DNA of 64,000 nucleotides from an uncultured Gemmatimonadales bacterium. GTDB taxonomy: Bacteria; Gemmatimonadota; Gemmatimonadetes; Gemmatimonadales; Gemmatimonadaceae. Positions 61,673 through 64,000 of the stretch are shown here, one piece after another (the first letter of the stretch is position 1; each line of letters opens with the position of its first letter). Both the position numbers and the translations under genes were made by a program. Below the pieces are notes generated by a model that saw only the letters and a program-made list of their open reading frames with translations, was not told where the DNA came from and did not search any database. The stretch spans positions 576,001 through 640,000 of the forward strand of contig CAVPQB010000003.1 of the NCBI GenBank assembly GCA_963707505.1, given 5' to 3'.

Positions 61673-61707
61673 TGCCCGGCGGCTCAACCGTCCGGGCATT
61701 TTCGTTT
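61673..61707 (+). terminator. intrinsic terminator/attenuator after the riboswitch
   Basis: TGCCCGGCGG-ctcaa-CCGTCCGGGCA followed by TTTTCGTTT. Confidence 0.7.
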
Positions 61708-61874
61708 GTGAGTCATGGAGAGCGTCGCGCAGTCTCATCTGCACGCTGCCTTCCGTGACCGAGTGCGCCTGTTTACGCGCGGCGAATGATGGCTGTGACT
61801 CCGAGCACACACCGGACGAGCCACATGCGAAAGACGCGCAAGCCGCAGTCCGTCAACAAGCAGGATTGCGATAG

Positions 61875-62864
61875 ATGACACGACTTGAGACTCCGGCACC
61901 GAGTAGAACCGCACGCAGATCGGACGCATTTCCCGCTGCAGCTCGATTGCCAGCGCCGATACCGGCGTATGAAGTGACTGGCCCGCCTGCGGCACCGCTC
62001 GTCGTCACACTCGGCGGCATCTCCGCCAGCCGCCACGTCACATCGACGGTCAGCGAGACGTCGGCCGGTTGGTGGCAGGACGTCGTTGGAGCGGGGCGCG
62101 CGATCGACACAAAAGAATATCGCATCCTCGGCTTCGACTACATCGACGGCGGAAGCGCAGAAGACGGCAAGCCGGCGGCGCTCGTCTCCACCCACGACCA
62201 GGCCGACGCGCTCGCGCGCGTGCTCGACGCGCTCGGCATTGCGCGAGTGCACGGAATCGTCGGTGCATCCTACGGCGGCATGGTAGCGCTCGCATTCGCC
62301 GAGCGATATCCGGATCGCGTCGAGCGACTGATTGTGATAAGCGCGCCACACGAAACACATCCCATGAGTACCGCGCTCCGCACCATACAACGTCGAATCG
62401 TCACGCTCGGCCTTGAAACCGATCGTGCGCACGATGCACTGGTGCTCGCGCGCGCACTGGCGATGACGACATATCGCTCGGCGAATGAGTTCGCCCGGCG
62501 CTTCGCCTCCGAGCCCGACGTCACGACCGAAGCAGGCGCCAATTTTCCGGTAGAGGATTATCTCCTGCATAACGGCGAGAAATTCGCACGCCTCTGGAGC
62601 GCGAGTCGCTTCCTGGCTCTCTCACTTTCCGCTGACCTCCATCGCGTCACCCCGGAGCGAATCCATACTCCGACAGTACTCGTGAGCGTCGATGGCGACA
62701 CGATCGTACCAGGTGAGCAGATGCGTCAGCTGGCTGCCAGACTCGCCGGCCCCAACCGTCTCATCCGGTTGCAGGCGGCAACGGGTCACGATGCATTTCT
62801 CGCTGAGCCGGAACTTATCGGTCCGATCCTCCACAACTCACTGCACGCCGAGGTCATTTCATGA
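61875..62864 (+). CDS. metX: homoserine O-acyltransferase (MetX family)
   Basis: GGISASRH, GWW, GASYGGMVA, LARALAMTTYRS and GHDAFL; upstream of metB. Confidence 0.88.
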   Translation: MTRLETPAPSRTARRSDAFPAAARLPAPIPAYEVTGPPAAPLVVTLGGISASRHVTSTVSETSAGWWQDVVGAGRAIDTKEYRILGFDYIDGGSAEDGKPAALVSTHDQADALARVLDALGIARVHGIVGASYGGMVALAFAERYPDRVERLIVISAPHETHPMSTALRTIQRRIVTLGLETDRAHDALVLARALAMTTYRSANEFARRFASEPDVTTEAGANFPVEDYLLHNGEKFARLWSASRFLALSLSADLHRVTPERIHTPTVLVSVDGDTIVPGEQMRQLAARLAGPNRLIRLQAATGHDAFLAEPELIGPILHNSLHAEVIS

Positions 62865-64000
62865 CGAGCTCCAACGCCACAACATCGCACGGAGCCGCAA
62901 CGCGCGCCGTGCGTGCAGGTATCGCCACGGATCGCGAATATGGCGCCGTGGTCCCCCCGATTCACCTCTCCTCGACATTCGCGTTCAACGGATTCAGGTC
63001 GCCGGGTCAGTACGACTACACTCGAAGCGGAAATCCGACGCGCAGTCACCTTGCGGATGCACTCGCGGAGCTGGAACACGGCGCATCGGCGGTCGTCACG
63101 AATACAGGCATGTCGGCGGTGACGCTTGTACTTCAACTGGTGCGTCCGGGCGATCTTGTGATCGCCGCGCACGATTGTTACGGCGGAACACAGCGTTTGC
63201 TACGATCGCTGAGCGCACGCGGCAACTTCGATCTCGCGCTGATCGACCTCACAGGTCCGACCGCGGAAGCGGAAATCGCGCGCAGAAGACCGACAATCCT
63301 CTGGGTCGAAACGCCCAGCAATCCACTGCTCCGCATCACCGACATTCGCCGGATCGCCGCCGCGGGGCACGCTGTCAACGCCATCGTCGTGGTGGACAAC
63401 ACGTTCCTCTCTCCGGCGCTCCAGCAGCCGCTTGCACTCGGCGCCGACATCGCGCTCCACAGCACCACCAAATACCTGAACGGACACAGTGACGTCGTAG
63501 GCGGAGCCGTGATCGCGCGTGACGCCGCGCTTGGCAAGGAGCTTGGCTGGTGGGCGAACTGTCTTGGCCTTACTGGCGCACCATTCGACAGCTTTCTCAC
63601 GCTGCGCGGAATTCGCACCCTGTACGCTCGCCTCGCGATGCACCTCGCCAACGCAAGCGCGGTGGTCGATGCACTGTGTGACCACGAAGCTGTAACCAAC
63701 GTTTACTATCCCGGCCTTGGCACGCATCCCGGCCACGACGTCGCGCGCGGCCAGCAATCCGGCTTTGGTGCAATGGTCAGTTTCGAGCTGCGAGGCGGAA
63801 TCGACGCGGTCGAGATCTTCACATCGGGATTGAACTGCTTTACTCTGGCCGAGTCCCTTGGCGGTGTCGAAAGCCTCGTCGCGCATCCGGCGACCATGAC
63901 TCATGCGTCGATGGACGCGGACGCGCGTACTGTCGCCGGTATCAGCGACTCATTACTTCGCCTGTCAGTGGGAATCGAGCTTGCCGCCGATCTCGTCCAG
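62861..64000 (+). CDS. metB: cystathionine gamma-synthase / O-succinylhomoserine (thiol)-lyase, runs off the window
   Basis: Translated by hand from ATG 62861 (ATGA overlap): GAVVPPIHLSSTF, YDYTRSGNPTR, WVETPSNP, VDNTF, HSTTKYLNGHSD (PLP Lys), AESLGGVESL. Confidence 0.9.
   Translation, partial: MTSSNATTSHGAATRAVRAGIATDREYGAVVPPIHLSSTFAFNGFRSPGQYDYTRSGNPTRSHLADALAELEHGASAVVTNTGMSAVTLVLQLVRPGDLVIAAHDCYGGTQRLLRSLSARGNFDLALIDLTGPTAEAEIARRRPTILWVETPSNPLLRITDIRRIAAAGHAVNAIVVVDNTFLSPALQQPLALGADIALHSTTKYLNGHSDVVGGAVIARDAALGKELGWWANCLGLTGAPFDSFLTLRGIRTLYARLAMHLANASAVVDALCDHEAVTNVYYPGLGTHPGHDVARGQQSGFGAMVSFELRGGIDAVEIFTSGLNCFTLAESLGGVESLVAHPATMTHASMDADARTVAGISDSLLRLSVGIELAADLVQ

Noticed and set aside
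61410..61874. SAM-I (S-box) riboswitch and ORFs 61453-61650 and 61539-61874
   Set aside because: No S-box core motifs; the region is better explained by promoter, SAM-II aptamer and terminator.

Overview
A 64-kb, GC-rich bacterial chromosomal segment. SusC/SusD pairs, Ig-domain lipoproteins and a plug-only lipoprotein in a GC-rich background suggest Gemmatimonadota (inference, not verified). Left to right it contains: an RsbQ alpha/beta-hydrolase paired with an RsbP-type PAS histidine kinase; a methyltransferase and a DUF481-like barrel; a peptide-scavenging cluster (Ig-domain zinc protease, secreted aminopeptidase P, plug-only lipoprotein, SusD/SusC, Met-zincin); mgtE-hutGHUI; tRNA-Pro(CGG) followed by a ~6.4-kb integrase-less islet closed by a degenerate copy of the tRNA 3' half; an arabinose/arabinoside locus (isomerase, araB, GH31, araD, an unassigned Tat-exported GH-like protein, GH127/146, sugar ABC) with many frameshifts; a kaiB-kaiC pair of cyanobacterial KaiC1/KaiC3 style without kaiA, divergent from a PAS histidine kinase carrying an extra C-terminal helical domain; an Opu-type ABC transporter, a GbsR regulator, a CMK-like gene and a DHA2 pump; a three-gene phosphorelay with a degenerate HD-GYP protein; and a SAM-II riboswitch with a terminator ahead of metX-metB. 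CGTC-type REP palindromes and short tandem duplications at gene boundaries recur. No CRISPR array, rRNA, transposase or integrase was seen. All calls come from reading motifs by eye; no searches were run.
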